Shown in pieces: positions 52,336 to 60,734 of a stretch of DNA of 64,000 nt. Under the pieces are notes generated by a model. The model worked only from the letters and a program-made list of their open reading frames with translations. It did no database searches and was not told where the DNA came from. This DNA comes from Actinomycetota bacterium (GTDB lineage Bacteria; Actinomycetota; UBA4738; CALAEC01), in the NCBI GenBank assembly GCA_050692555.1, contig JBOGVS010000010.1:5691-69690 (forward strand), given 5' to 3'. How positions within the stretch are numbered: position 1 is the stretch's first letter; every line of letters begins with the position of its first letter. Made by a program: the position numbers and the translations under genes.

Positions 52336-52749
52336 CTATCCCTCGCCCCGCTCCCAGAAGATGGCCACCGCCCCGACGAACTCGTCGGTCCGGGCGAACA
52401 GCGGGAAGGCGGTGACCGCGATGTTCCGGCGCACACCGTCCAGCCCGGTGATCACCAGCCCCCGGTGAGCGGGGTGGCGGCCGACCAGGGCCTGGGTGAG
52501 CGGCAGATCATCGGAGTCCAGCTTCTCCCCCGAGTCGGGGTCCTCGGGATAGAACCTCGTTCCCCACTCCTCGGGGGACAGCTCCCCCGTCTCCGCGAAG
52601 CTCTGGCCGAGGATCGACTCGGCCGGTTCGTTGAAGTAGACCAGGGTGCCGTCGGGGTCGACGAGGAACATCGGCGTGGCGATGCTGGAGGCCAGCCCGC
52701 GGCCCAGGATGAGAACGAGGTTGTGCTCCTCGGTAGGCACGGGGGTCAC
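52336..52749 (-). CDS. Stand-alone PAS domain protein
   Basis: PMFLVDPDGTLVYFNEPAESILG and AFPLFARTDEFVGAVAIFWE; GTGA overlap with upstream stop. Confidence 0.82.
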   Translation of the reverse strand: MTPVPTEEHNLVLILGRGLASSIATPMFLVDPDGTLVYFNEPAESILGQSFAETGELSPEEWGTRFYPEDPDSGEKLDSDDLPLTQALVGRHPAHRGLVITGLDGVRRNIAVTAFPLFARTDEFVGAVAIFWERGEG

Positions 52750-53318
52750 GCCTTGTCGCCCTTCCCCACCACACCCTCGATGACGTCTCGCGGAAGCGAG
52801 GCGGCGGCCCGGAGCCCCTTCTTCACGGCCTCGACGGCGTCCTTGGAGACCTCGCCGGCGGCCTCGACCGCGGCCTCCGCGGCGCCCTTGGCCACTCCGG
52901 CCACGTCCTTCCCAACCCGTCCGGCGGCCTCCACCGCACCCTCCACCGCGGCCACGGCGGTCCCCGCCACGTCCCCTCCGACCTCGACGGCACCCTTCAC
53001 CGCGGCCCGAACGGCGTGGCGAGCCCCGTCGATCACGTCGCCGCCCACCTCGGCCACTGCCTGCACGGCTCCGGACACCACGCCCTTGGCTCCGGCCGCA
53101 AGCTCGACGCCGGCCTCCGAGGTGCCCCGGACGGCGCCCTTCACGGTGTCGGTGACCACGCCGACCGTTGCTGCGGCGACCTCGCTGGCGCTTCGCAACG
53201 CCCCCGTGACCAGGTCGGTAGCGGTCTGGCGCACGGCGTCCACGATGTCGCCTGTCCCCTTCACCACCCCGACCACTGCGTTCTTGGCCTTCTCTACCAG
53301 GTTCTCGGCCACGCTCAC
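52746..53318 (-). CDS. Ala/Val/Gly-rich protein with 14 tandem 11-residue amphipathic repeats
   Basis: AGGAGG RBS (53322-53327) and TATAGT -10 (53344-53349) on the minus strand; clear 11/22-aa periodicity. Confidence 0.8.
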   Translation of the reverse strand: MSVAENLVEKAKNAVVGVVKGTGDIVDAVRQTATDLVTGALRSASEVAAATVGVVTDTVKGAVRGTSEAGVELAAGAKGVVSGAVQAVAEVGGDVIDGARHAVRAAVKGAVEVGGDVAGTAVAAVEGAVEAAGRVGKDVAGVAKGAAEAAVEAAGEVSKDAVEAVKKGLRAAASLPRDVIEGVVGKGDKA

Positions 53319-53399
53319 TCACCTCCTGTGCTCGGTTCGGTCCACTATAGGCGGGCGGTGCTCGGGGGGGAACACAGGAGGCCACGCTATGCTCGGGCC

Positions 53400-54458
53400 A
53401 TGCGCGACGAGGTGCGCCTCACGAAATACAGCCACGGGGCCGGCTGAGCCTGCAAGCTCAGTCCACAGGACCTGGCTCAGGTGCTGGGCCAGCTGACCCC
53501 CACCGAATACCCCGGCGACGTCCTGGTGGCCGCGGACACCCGGGACGACGCCGCCGTGTACCGTCTGCCCGGCGGCACCGCCCTGGTGCAGACGGTGGAC
53601 TTCTTCACGCCCATCGTGGACGACCCGTTCGACTGGGGCCGCATCGCCGCAGCCAACGCGGTGAGCGACGTGTACGCCATGGGCGGGCGTCCGGCGCTGG
53701 CGCTCAACCTGGTGGCCTGGCCGGTGGACGATCTGCCGCTCGACCTCCTGGTGCGGGTGCTGGAGGGTGGGGCCAAGACCGCGGTGGAGGCCGGGATGGC
53801 CATCGTGGGCGGCCACAGCATCCATGACCCCGAGCCGAAGTACGGGATGGCCGTGACCGGCTTCGTCGATCCGGACCGGATGGTCAGGAACTCGACCGCT
53901 CCCGCGGGTGGTCGCCTGTTCCTCACCAAGCCTCTGGGCCTGGGGATCGTCACCACCGCGATCAAGCGGCAGGAGGCCTCTAGGGACCAGGTCGCCACGG
54001 CCGTGGACACCATGGCCGCGTTGAACGCCCCGGCCGCGGAGGCCATGGTCGAGGCCGGGGCGGACGCCGCCACCGACGTCACCGGGTTCGGGCTCCTGGG
54101 CCACCTCCACGAGATGCTCCTGGCCTCGGAGGTGGCCGCTCGTCTGGACGCCGCGGCCGTTCCGCTGCTCGCGGGTACGCTCGACCTGGCCAAGCGGGAC
54201 GTGGTGCCGGGAGGGACGAAGGCGAACTACACCTATCTGCATCCGCACGTCGATTGGGGCGATCTCCCGACGAGCGAGCAACTGGTTCTGGCCGACGCCC
54301 AGACCTCCGGTGGGCTGCTAATCGCCGTGGCGGAGGAGCGGGCCTCCGGGCTGGCCGGGGCCCTGGAACAGCGAGCCGTGTCGTACCGGGACATCGGGGT
54401 CACCGAGGCCGGCGGGAGCGGACGGATCGCCATCCGGGGCAGGCTGTCCGAAGGCTGA
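53400..54458 (+). CDS. selD: Selenide, water dikinase; selenoprotein form with in-frame UGA (Sec) at 53445-53447
   Basis: MRDEVRLTKYSHGAG-U-ACKL; DDAAV, QTVDFFTPIVDDP, AANAVSDVYAMGG, TDVTGFGLLGH, DAQTSGGLL; TATGCT -10 6 nt upstream of ATG. Confidence 0.93.
53472..53492 (+). promoter_or_regulatory. Candidate bacterial SECIS stem-loop
   Basis: CTGGCTCAG-GTG-CTGGGCCAG 9-bp stem (one G-U) starting 25 nt after the UGA, with G at the start of the loop. Confidence 0.55.
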
Positions 54459-54487
54459 ATCCGATCGCTCTGGTACGATTTTCCGTG

Positions 54488-54916
54488 ATGGACCTCTCCC
54501 GTTCGATGTTCGACGAGATCGTGGCCCACGCCCGTGCCGGCCTGCCCAACGAGGCCTGCGGCGTGCTCGCGGGTGAGAAGGGCCGTCCCGTCCGGGTCTA
54601 CCCGATGCGGAACGCCGAGCAGAGCCCTGTGGTCTATCGCTTCGACGAGCGGGAGCAGCTCGAGGTGTTCAACGAGATCGAGGACAAGGGCTGGGATCTC
54701 CTGGGCTTCTTCCACTCCCACACCCACACCGAGGCCCAGCCGTCGCCGACCGACCGGGCTCACGCGCACTGGCCGGATCCCATCACCGGCAAGGAGGTCC
54801 CGGCCTACCCAGGCACCTCCTACCTGATACTTTCGCTGGCCGGGGACCGGCCGGAGCTCCGGGCGTTCCGGTTCGAGAACGGCCGCTCCGAAGAGGAGGA
54901 GGTGCGCATCTGGTGA
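54488..54916 (+). CDS. mec: JAMM/Mov34 metallopeptidase (CysO-cysteine peptidase-like)
   Basis: PNEACG, FFHSHTHTEAQPSPTD JAMM motif; TGG-TACGAT -10 at 54471-54479. Confidence 0.9.
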   Translation: MDLSRSMFDEIVAHARAGLPNEACGVLAGEKGRPVRVYPMRNAEQSPVVYRFDEREQLEVFNEIEDKGWDLLGFFHSHTHTEAQPSPTDRAHAHWPDPITGKEVPAYPGTSYLILSLAGDRPELRAFRFENGRSEEEEVRIW

Positions 54917-55770
54917 GCGCACCCTTCACCGAGGATCAGGTCCGCCGCTACGCCCGGCACGTGATCCTCCCGGGCATCGGGGGGGATGGACAGCGACGGT
55001 TGATGGACGCCAGCGTGCTGGTCATCGGGGCCGGCGGCCTGGGATCGCCGGCGGCCATGTACCTCGCCGCCGCCGGCGTGGGGACCATCGGGCTGGTGGA
55101 CTTCGACCGCGTGGAGCTGTCGAACCTGCAGCGCCAGCTCCTCCACGACACCGCCGACGTCGGGCGCCCCAAGGTGGAGTCGGGGAAGGAGCGGCTCGCC
55201 GGACTGAACCCCAACGTCGAGGTGGTCACCCACCCCACCCTGCTGACGTCGTCGAATGCGTTCGACGTGCTGGGCGGCTACGACGTGGTGGTGGACGGCA
55301 CCGACAACTTCCCGGTCCGGTACCTGGTCAACGACGCCACCCAGATGCTCGGCAAGCCGCTGGTTTACGGGTCGATCTATCAATGGGAGGGCCAAGCCAG
55401 CGTGTTCCTGCCGGGCCCGGAGACCCCGTGCTATCGCTGCCTGTTCCCGGAGCCGCCACCTCCGGGCACCGTCCCCTCCTGCGCGGAGGGCGGGGTGTTC
55501 GGCGTCCTGCCCGGGATCATCGGCTCGATCCAGGCCGTGGAGGCCATCAAGCTGATCCTGGACGTGGGCCAGTCGCTGGCCGGCAAGCTGGTCCTGTACG
55601 ACGCCCTGCGGAACGAGTTCACCACGGTGAAGCTGCGCTGGGACCTCGACTGCCCGGTGTGCGGAAAGCACCCGTCGGTGACCGAGCTGATCGACTACGA
55701 GGCGTTCTGCGGCCTGGCCCCGGGGCAGGCGCCCCCGGAAGCCGAGCACACCCCATCAGGGAGGGAGTGA
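54913..55770 (+). CDS. moeB: MoeB/ThiF family adenylyltransferase (E1-like), no C-terminal rhodanese domain
   Basis: RYARH, IGAGGLGSP, DRVELSNLQRQ, DGTDNF, CYRCLF, CAEGGV, CPVCG; ends at 285 aa. Confidence 0.92.
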   Translation: MSAPFTEDQVRRYARHVILPGIGGDGQRRLMDASVLVIGAGGLGSPAAMYLAAAGVGTIGLVDFDRVELSNLQRQLLHDTADVGRPKVESGKERLAGLNPNVEVVTHPTLLTSSNAFDVLGGYDVVVDGTDNFPVRYLVNDATQMLGKPLVYGSIYQWEGQASVFLPGPETPCYRCLFPEPPPPGTVPSCAEGGVFGVLPGIIGSIQAVEAIKLILDVGQSLAGKLVLYDALRNEFTTVKLRWDLDCPVCGKHPSVTELIDYEAFCGLAPGQAPPEAEHTPSGRE

Positions 55771-56072
55771 CGGTGCCCGTCGAGGTCAAGATCCCCACGA
55801 TCCTGCGAACCGCCACCGGCGGTGAGTCCGTGGTTACCGGGGATGGGGGGACCGTCCGCGAGCTCCTGGAGGATCTCGAGGCGAGATATCCTGGCATCCG
55901 GGCTCGGGTGGTCACCGACGACGGCGGTCTCCACCGGTTCGTGAACGTGTACGTGAACGACGAGGACGTTCGGTACCTGGGCTCCCTGGAGACCGAGCTG
56001 AAGGACGGTGACGTGGTCTCCATCCTCCCCGCCGTGGCCGGCGGGGCTGGCGCTCGTGCGTCGCTGGGATAG
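55767..56072 (+). CDS. cysO: Ubiquitin-like sulfur carrier (CysO/MoaD family) with residues after the GG motif
   Basis: VKIPTILR, FVNVYVNDEDVRYL, ILPAVAGG followed by AGARASLG*. Confidence 0.9.
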   Translation: MTVPVEVKIPTILRTATGGESVVTGDGGTVRELLEDLEARYPGIRARVVTDDGGLHRFVNVYVNDEDVRYLGSLETELKDGDVVSILPAVAGGAGARASLG

Positions 56073-56081
56073 TCCCCGGCG

Positions 56082-57014
56082 GTGAGAGCGGACGACATCC
56101 TCGGGGCGGTGGGGAACACACCGCTGGTCGGGATCCAGCGGCTGTCGCCGAAACCGTCCGTGCGGCTGTGGGCCAAGCTCGAGGGCCAGAACCCCACCGG
56201 CTCGTTGAAGGACCGGATCGCGGTGGCCATGGTCGAAGATGCCGAGCGCACCGGACACCTGACCGCGGACAAGATCATCCTCGAGCCGACCAGCGGAAAT
56301 ACCGGGATCGCCCTGGCCATGGTGGCCCGACGGAAGGGCTACCGGATGATGGCGGTGATGCCCGACAACGCCAGCGAGGAGCGGGTCCGGCTCCTCGAGC
56401 TGTATGGCGCCGAGATCGTGTTCAGCCCCGCCGACAAGGGCACCAACGGTTCGATCGACGTGGCCAGGAGGATGGCCGAGGACCCCCGGTACTTCATGCC
56501 GTTCCAGTACGGCAATCCCGCGAACCCCAGAGCTCACTACGAGGGCACCGGCGCGGAGATCGTTCGGGACCTCCCCGAGATCACCCACTTCGTCGCCGGG
56601 TTGGGAACCGGGGGGACGCTCACCGGGGCCGGCCGGCGACTCAAGGAGCACGACCCGGCCGTCAAGGTCATCGCCGCGGAGCCGGAGCTCGGGGAGCTCG
56701 TCTACGGTCTCCGGTCGCTGGATGAGGGGTTCATCCCGCCGATCCTGGACGAAGGCGTCCTGGACCGAAAGATCCTGGTGGGTTCGGGCGACGCACTCCG
56801 CTCGACCCGGGCGCTGGCGGAGCAGGAGGGCATCTTCGCGGGCATCTCGTCGGGCGCGGTGATCCATGCGGCGCGAAGGGTCGTGGAGGAGATCGAGTCG
56901 GGTGACGTCGTGTGTCTGCTGGCCGACGGTGGATGGAAGTACCTGTCCACGGACGCGTGGGCGGAGGACGCCGAGCAGGCGGCGAAGAAAGTCGACGAGA
57001 CCCTGTGGTGGTAG
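56082..57014 (+). CDS. cysM: PLP-dependent cysteine synthase, CysM (O-phosphoserine sulfhydrylase) type
   Basis: VGNTPLV, KLEGQNPTGSLKDR, EPTSGNTG, GLGTGGT, ADGGWKYLST; Trp-ending C-terminus; next to mec and cysO. Confidence 0.92.
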   Translation: MRADDILGAVGNTPLVGIQRLSPKPSVRLWAKLEGQNPTGSLKDRIAVAMVEDAERTGHLTADKIILEPTSGNTGIALAMVARRKGYRMMAVMPDNASEERVRLLELYGAEIVFSPADKGTNGSIDVARRMAEDPRYFMPFQYGNPANPRAHYEGTGAEIVRDLPEITHFVAGLGTGGTLTGAGRRLKEHDPAVKVIAAEPELGELVYGLRSLDEGFIPPILDEGVLDRKILVGSGDALRSTRALAEQEGIFAGISSGAVIHAARRVVEEIESGDVVCLLADGGWKYLSTDAWAEDAEQAAKKVDETLWW

Positions 57015-57023
57015 GCTGCGCCG

Positions 57024-57851
57024 ATGCCTGACCGAAGGCCGATCGGCATCTTCGACTCAGGCGTCGGTGGCCTGACGGTCGTTCGAGCGGTCCTGGATCT
57101 CCTCCCCAAGGAGTCCGTCATCTATTTCGGGGACACCGCCCGGTTCCCCTACGGCCCCCGGGCGCTGGAAGAGATCCGGACATTCGCCCGGGAGATCACC
57201 GCGTACCTCCTGGACCGTGATGTGAAGCTGCTCGTGGTGGCGTGCAACTCGGTGCAGGTTGCGGCGATCGAGGACCTGGCCCGGGCGGCCCCCGTCCCGG
57301 TCATCGGGGTGATCGATCCAGGGGTTCGCGCGGGGCTCCGGGCCACCCGGAACGGCAGGATCGGGGTGATCGGCACCGTGGCCACCATCGACAGCGGCGC
57401 CTACGATCGGGCGGTGGCCGGACAGCCGGTGACCCTTCACTCGGCGGCGTGCCCGGAGTTCGTCCCGTTCGTGGAACGCGGTGACACCACCAGCCCGGAG
57501 CTCCTGGCCGCGGCTCGGGAGTATCTCGCTCCGCTGGTGGATGCCGGCGTCGACACCTTGATCCTGGGCTGCACCCACTACCCGTTGCTCTCCGGTCTCC
57601 TGCAGCGGGTCATGGGTTCAGAGGTGGTGCTGATCTCTTCTGCCGAGGAGACGGCCAAGGACGTGTACGCGGCGCTGCTCGACGGGGACCTGTCGTCCGG
57701 TGACGGATCGACGCCGCGTCACGACTTCCTGTGCTCCGGAGATCCCGAGTCGTTCCTCGCGCTGGCCACGAGGTTCCTGGGTCCGGAGGCCACCGAGGTC
57801 CGGGCCACCAGCGTGCAGCCGGCGCCCCTCGGGGAGCCCGAGTGGAGCTGA
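57024..57851 (+). CDS. murI: Glutamate racemase
   Basis: FDSGVGGLTV, GDTARFPYG, VACNS, LGCTHYP. Confidence 0.96.
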   Translation: MPDRRPIGIFDSGVGGLTVVRAVLDLLPKESVIYFGDTARFPYGPRALEEIRTFAREITAYLLDRDVKLLVVACNSVQVAAIEDLARAAPVPVIGVIDPGVRAGLRATRNGRIGVIGTVATIDSGAYDRAVAGQPVTLHSAACPEFVPFVERGDTTSPELLAAAREYLAPLVDAGVDTLILGCTHYPLLSGLLQRVMGSEVVLISSAEETAKDVYAALLDGDLSSGDGSTPRHDFLCSGDPESFLALATRFLGPEATEVRATSVQPAPLGEPEWS

Positions 57852-58597
57852 TCGTCCTCGGGGCCCACGGCACCTGGCCCGCGGCCGGGGGAGCCACCAG
57901 CGGTTTCCTGCTCCGCCACGACGGGTTCTCGCTGTGGATCGACGCCGGCACCGGGACGCTGGCCAACCTTCAGCGCCACGTGGACATCTTCGACGTCGGC
58001 GCGGTGGTGATCTCCCACTCGCACCCCGACCACGTGACGGATCTGTACGCGTATCTGTTCGCCCGGTTGTTCACCCCCCAGCGGCCCCCGAACATCCCGC
58101 TGTATCTGGCTCCGCGGGTGGCCGAGCGATTCAACCCCCTGCTCACCGACGACTCCGGGGACATGCGGCTGGCCGAAGGGTTCGACGTTACCGAGGTCAC
58201 CCCGGGAGACCAGGTGAACGTGGGCCCCTTCCGGCTCACCACCGCACCCATGCGCCACACGGTGCCCACCATCGGCGTCCGGGTCGAGGCCGACGTGGGA
58301 GTGGTGGCCTACTCCGCCGACACCGGACCCACCGACGAGCTGACCTCCCTGGCCCGGGGATGCGACGTTCTGGTGGCCGAGGCATCGTGGCTGGGAAAGG
58401 ATCCCCAGCGCCCTCCGATCCACCTCACGGCCCGGGAGGCCGGCCAGGCCGCCGCCGCCGCCGGCGCCGCTCGCGTGGTGCTCACCCACATGCGCCCGTA
58501 CGTCGACCGAGACGCGTCCCGAGAGGAGGCCGCGTCCGCGTTCGACGGTGAGGTGCTGGTGGCGGTGGAGGGGCTCACGCTGGACGTGCCGGGATGA
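57842..58597 (+). CDS. MBL-fold metallo-hydrolase (RNase Z-like)
   Basis: DAGTG, SHSHPDH, YSADTG, IHLT, LTH; murI-MBL-rph synteny. Confidence 0.9.
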   Translation: MELIVLGAHGTWPAAGGATSGFLLRHDGFSLWIDAGTGTLANLQRHVDIFDVGAVVISHSHPDHVTDLYAYLFARLFTPQRPPNIPLYLAPRVAERFNPLLTDDSGDMRLAEGFDVTEVTPGDQVNVGPFRLTTAPMRHTVPTIGVRVEADVGVVAYSADTGPTDELTSLARGCDVLVAEASWLGKDPQRPPIHLTAREAGQAAAAAGAARVVLTHMRPYVDRDASREEAASAFDGEVLVAVEGLTLDVPG

Positions 58598-59310
58598 GAA
58601 CGGACGGCCGCGGCTTCCATGATCTTCGCCCGGTCAGGTACGAGATCGGCTACCTCGAATGGGCCGAGGGCTCCGTGCTCCTGGAGATGGGCAAGACCAG
58701 GGTCCTGTGCGCGGCGTCCTACGAGAAGAGCGTGCCGCGGTTCCTCCAGGGGGGTGGGAAGGGCTGGGTGACCGCCGAGTACGGGATGCTCCCGAGGGCC
58801 ACGTCGGAGCGGACCCCGCGAGAGGCCGGACGGGGGCGCCTCTCCGGGCGGACCCAGGAGATCCAGCGCCTGATCGGACGTTCGCTCCGTGCGGTGGTCG
58901 ACATGGCCTGTCTCGGCGAGTCGACCATCTGGATCGACTGCGACGTCCTCCAGGCCGACGGCGGTACCAGGACGGCCTCCATCACCGGTGGGTACATCGC
59001 CCTGGCCCTGGCGGCTCGGACCCTCAAGGACCAGGGGGTCTTGGAGGGAGAGGTCCTCCGCGACTCCGTGGCCGCGGTCAGCGCCGGGATCGTGGACGGC
59101 GAGGCCATGCTCGACCTGTGCTACGAGGAGGACGCCCGGGCCGAGGTTGACTTCAACGTGGTGATGACCGGCTCCGGCCGGCTGGTCGAGGTCCAGGGTA
59201 CGGCGGAGGGGGAGCCGTTCAGCCGGGAGCGCCTCGACGCCATGCTCGATCTGGCAGGGGAAGGGATCGACCGGCTCACCGAGATCCAGCGGGCCGCCGC
59301 CGGCTTCTGA
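58594..59310 (+). CDS. rph: Ribonuclease PH
   Basis: [46 protein letters not shown]. Confidence 0.97.
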   Translation: MRTDGRGFHDLRPVRYEIGYLEWAEGSVLLEMGKTRVLCAASYEKSVPRFLQGGGKGWVTAEYGMLPRATSERTPREAGRGRLSGRTQEIQRLIGRSLRAVVDMACLGESTIWIDCDVLQADGGTRTASITGGYIALALAARTLKDQGVLEGEVLRDSVAAVSAGIVDGEAMLDLCYEEDARAEVDFNVVMTGSGRLVEVQGTAEGEPFSRERLDAMLDLAGEGIDRLTEIQRAAAGF

Positions 59311-59313
59311 GCG

Positions 59314-59913
59314 GTGCCCGTTCCTCCGCGGCTGGTGGTGGCCACCCGCAACCCCGGGAAGGCCCGAGAGATCCTTCGGATCTGTGCGGACTGGCCGGTC
59401 GAATGGCTCACCGGGGAGGATCTGTCCTGGCCCGACGTCGAGGAGACCGGCGCGAGCTACCTGGAGAACGCGTTGCTCAAGGCCCGTGCGGTCGCTGGTG
59501 CGACCGGTGAGGCCGCGCTGGCCGACGACTCCGGCATCGAGGTCGACGCCCTCGGCGGCGCCCCGGGCCCTCGCTCCGCCAGGTATGCGGGAGCCGGAGC
59601 CACAGACGAGCAGAACCTCCGTGCCCTGCTTCGCGCGGTTGCCGGCGTCCCGTCGTCGGGCCGGACCGCCCGGTACCGGGCCGTGGCCGCCGTGGCCTGG
59701 CCGGACGGCCGCGAGGTACACGCCGAGGGTACGTGCGAGGGCACGCTCCGCTCCAGGCCTCAGGGGACCGGAGGGTTCGGCTACGACCCCATCTTCCAGC
59801 CCGCCGGCTGGGACCGCACCATGGCCGAGCTGCCGCCGGAGGAGAAGGACCGCATCGGCCACCGGGGCCAGGCCCTCCGGGCCCTCCGCGCCCAGCTCCA
59901 GATGAACGCGTAG
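59314..59913 (+). CDS. rdgB: Non-canonical purine NTP pyrophosphatase (RdgB/HAM1)
   Basis: ATRNPGK, EETG, ADDSG, GFGYDPIF, KDRIGHRGQA. Confidence 0.95.
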   Translation: MPVPPRLVVATRNPGKAREILRICADWPVEWLTGEDLSWPDVEETGASYLENALLKARAVAGATGEAALADDSGIEVDALGGAPGPRSARYAGAGATDEQNLRALLRAVAGVPSSGRTARYRAVAAVAWPDGREVHAEGTCEGTLRSRPQGTGGFGYDPIFQPAGWDRTMAELPPEEKDRIGHRGQALRALRAQLQMNA

Positions 59914-60000
59914 GCGAACCTGTTTCGCTGGCGATATGCTCCCCTGCGGTTTTGGCCCCGACCGGGCCGGGAAGGTTCTGAGGGAGGAAGGGAGGTCGAC

Positions 60001-60156
60001 ATGTGTCTGACCTGTGGGTGCGGGATACCGAACGACGATCACGGTGACAGCCGGCACATCACCATGGACGAGCTGAAGGCGGCGGCCGAAGCCTCGGAGA
60101 TCTCGGTCGACGAGGCGGCCGGCAACATCCAGGCGACCTACCCCAAGGGGAAGTAG
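60001..60156 (+). CDS. 51-aa Cys/His-rich small protein (absent from ORF track)
   Basis: GGGAGG RBS upstream; MCLTCGCGIPNDDHGDSRHITMDELKAAAEASEISVDEAAGNIQATYPKGK*. Confidence 0.78.
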   Translation: MCLTCGCGIPNDDHGDSRHITMDELKAAAEASEISVDEAAGNIQATYPKGK

Positions 60157-60174
60157 CTCTCGTTGACTCGCGGT

Positions 60175-60202
60175 GGGCCCCGGCCGATGATGGCCGGGGC
60201 CC
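60175..60202 (+). terminator. Hairpin between the small Cys protein and the DUF2231 gene
   Basis: Perfect 11-bp stem GGGCCCCGGCC / GGCCGGGGCCC, loop GATGAT. Confidence 0.6.
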
Positions 60203-60222
60203 AGCCATGGAGGAGATAGCCC

Positions 60223-60729
60223 ATGCCGATCAGCATGACCAACCAGGCCGAGGGGCGTGGATGGACACTCAAGGAGTGGGTCCAGGGCCGCCCCCTGGGC
60301 CACCCCAGCCATCCGCTGTTCGTCCACTTCCCGATCGCCTTCTACCTGGCCGTGCTGGTGTTCGACGTGATGACCAGGATCGAGCCGAACCGGGGCCTGG
60401 TACAGGCCGGCACGTACCTGCTGATCGGGGCGGGGCTGGCCACCGTGGGGGCGGCGACCACCGGGCTGATCGACTGGTGGGGGATGGTCCCCGGTTCCTC
60501 CAAGCGGCGGATCGCCACCCGCCACCTCCTGTTCCAGGTAACAGCGGCGATCTTCTTCTTGACCAGCCTGGTCATCCGGTTCGGGGATCGGTTCCAACCC
60601 CGAGCCGAGACGCTATGGATCATCCTCGAGGCCGTCGGGTACCTGATCATCGTGGTGGGCCAGTACCTGGGCGGGGTCCTGGTCTATGAGAAGGCCATGC
60701 GAGTGAGCACCGGCGGAGGCGCCGACTGA
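60223..60729 (+). CDS. DUF2231 family membrane protein
   Basis: GHPSHPLFVHFPI, TTGLIDW, H in TM3, GQYLGGVLVY. Confidence 0.85.
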   Translation: MPISMTNQAEGRGWTLKEWVQGRPLGHPSHPLFVHFPIAFYLAVLVFDVMTRIEPNRGLVQAGTYLLIGAGLATVGAATTGLIDWWGMVPGSSKRRIATRHLLFQVTAAIFFLTSLVIRFGDRFQPRAETLWIILEAVGYLIIVVGQYLGGVLVYEKAMRVSTGGGAD

Positions 60730-60734
60730 GGCCC

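Noticed and set aside
47860-53400. attL/attR duplication of the tmRNA 3' end bounding an island
   Set aside because: I found no second copy of GGTTCGATTCCCGCCACCTCCA by eye and no integrase, so an intact integrative element is not supported.
54488-56072. E1 + JAMM + ubiquitin-like genes as a bacterial ubiquitination defence system (Bil/Bub, CBASS type II)
   Set aside because: No E2; the adjacent cysM and murI-rph synteny identify the CysO cysteine-biosynthesis module.
59914-60000. tRNA gene after rdgB, as in some actinobacteria
   Set aside because: No cloverleaf or TTCGA T-loop; the region reads as promoter plus RBS for the small Cys protein.
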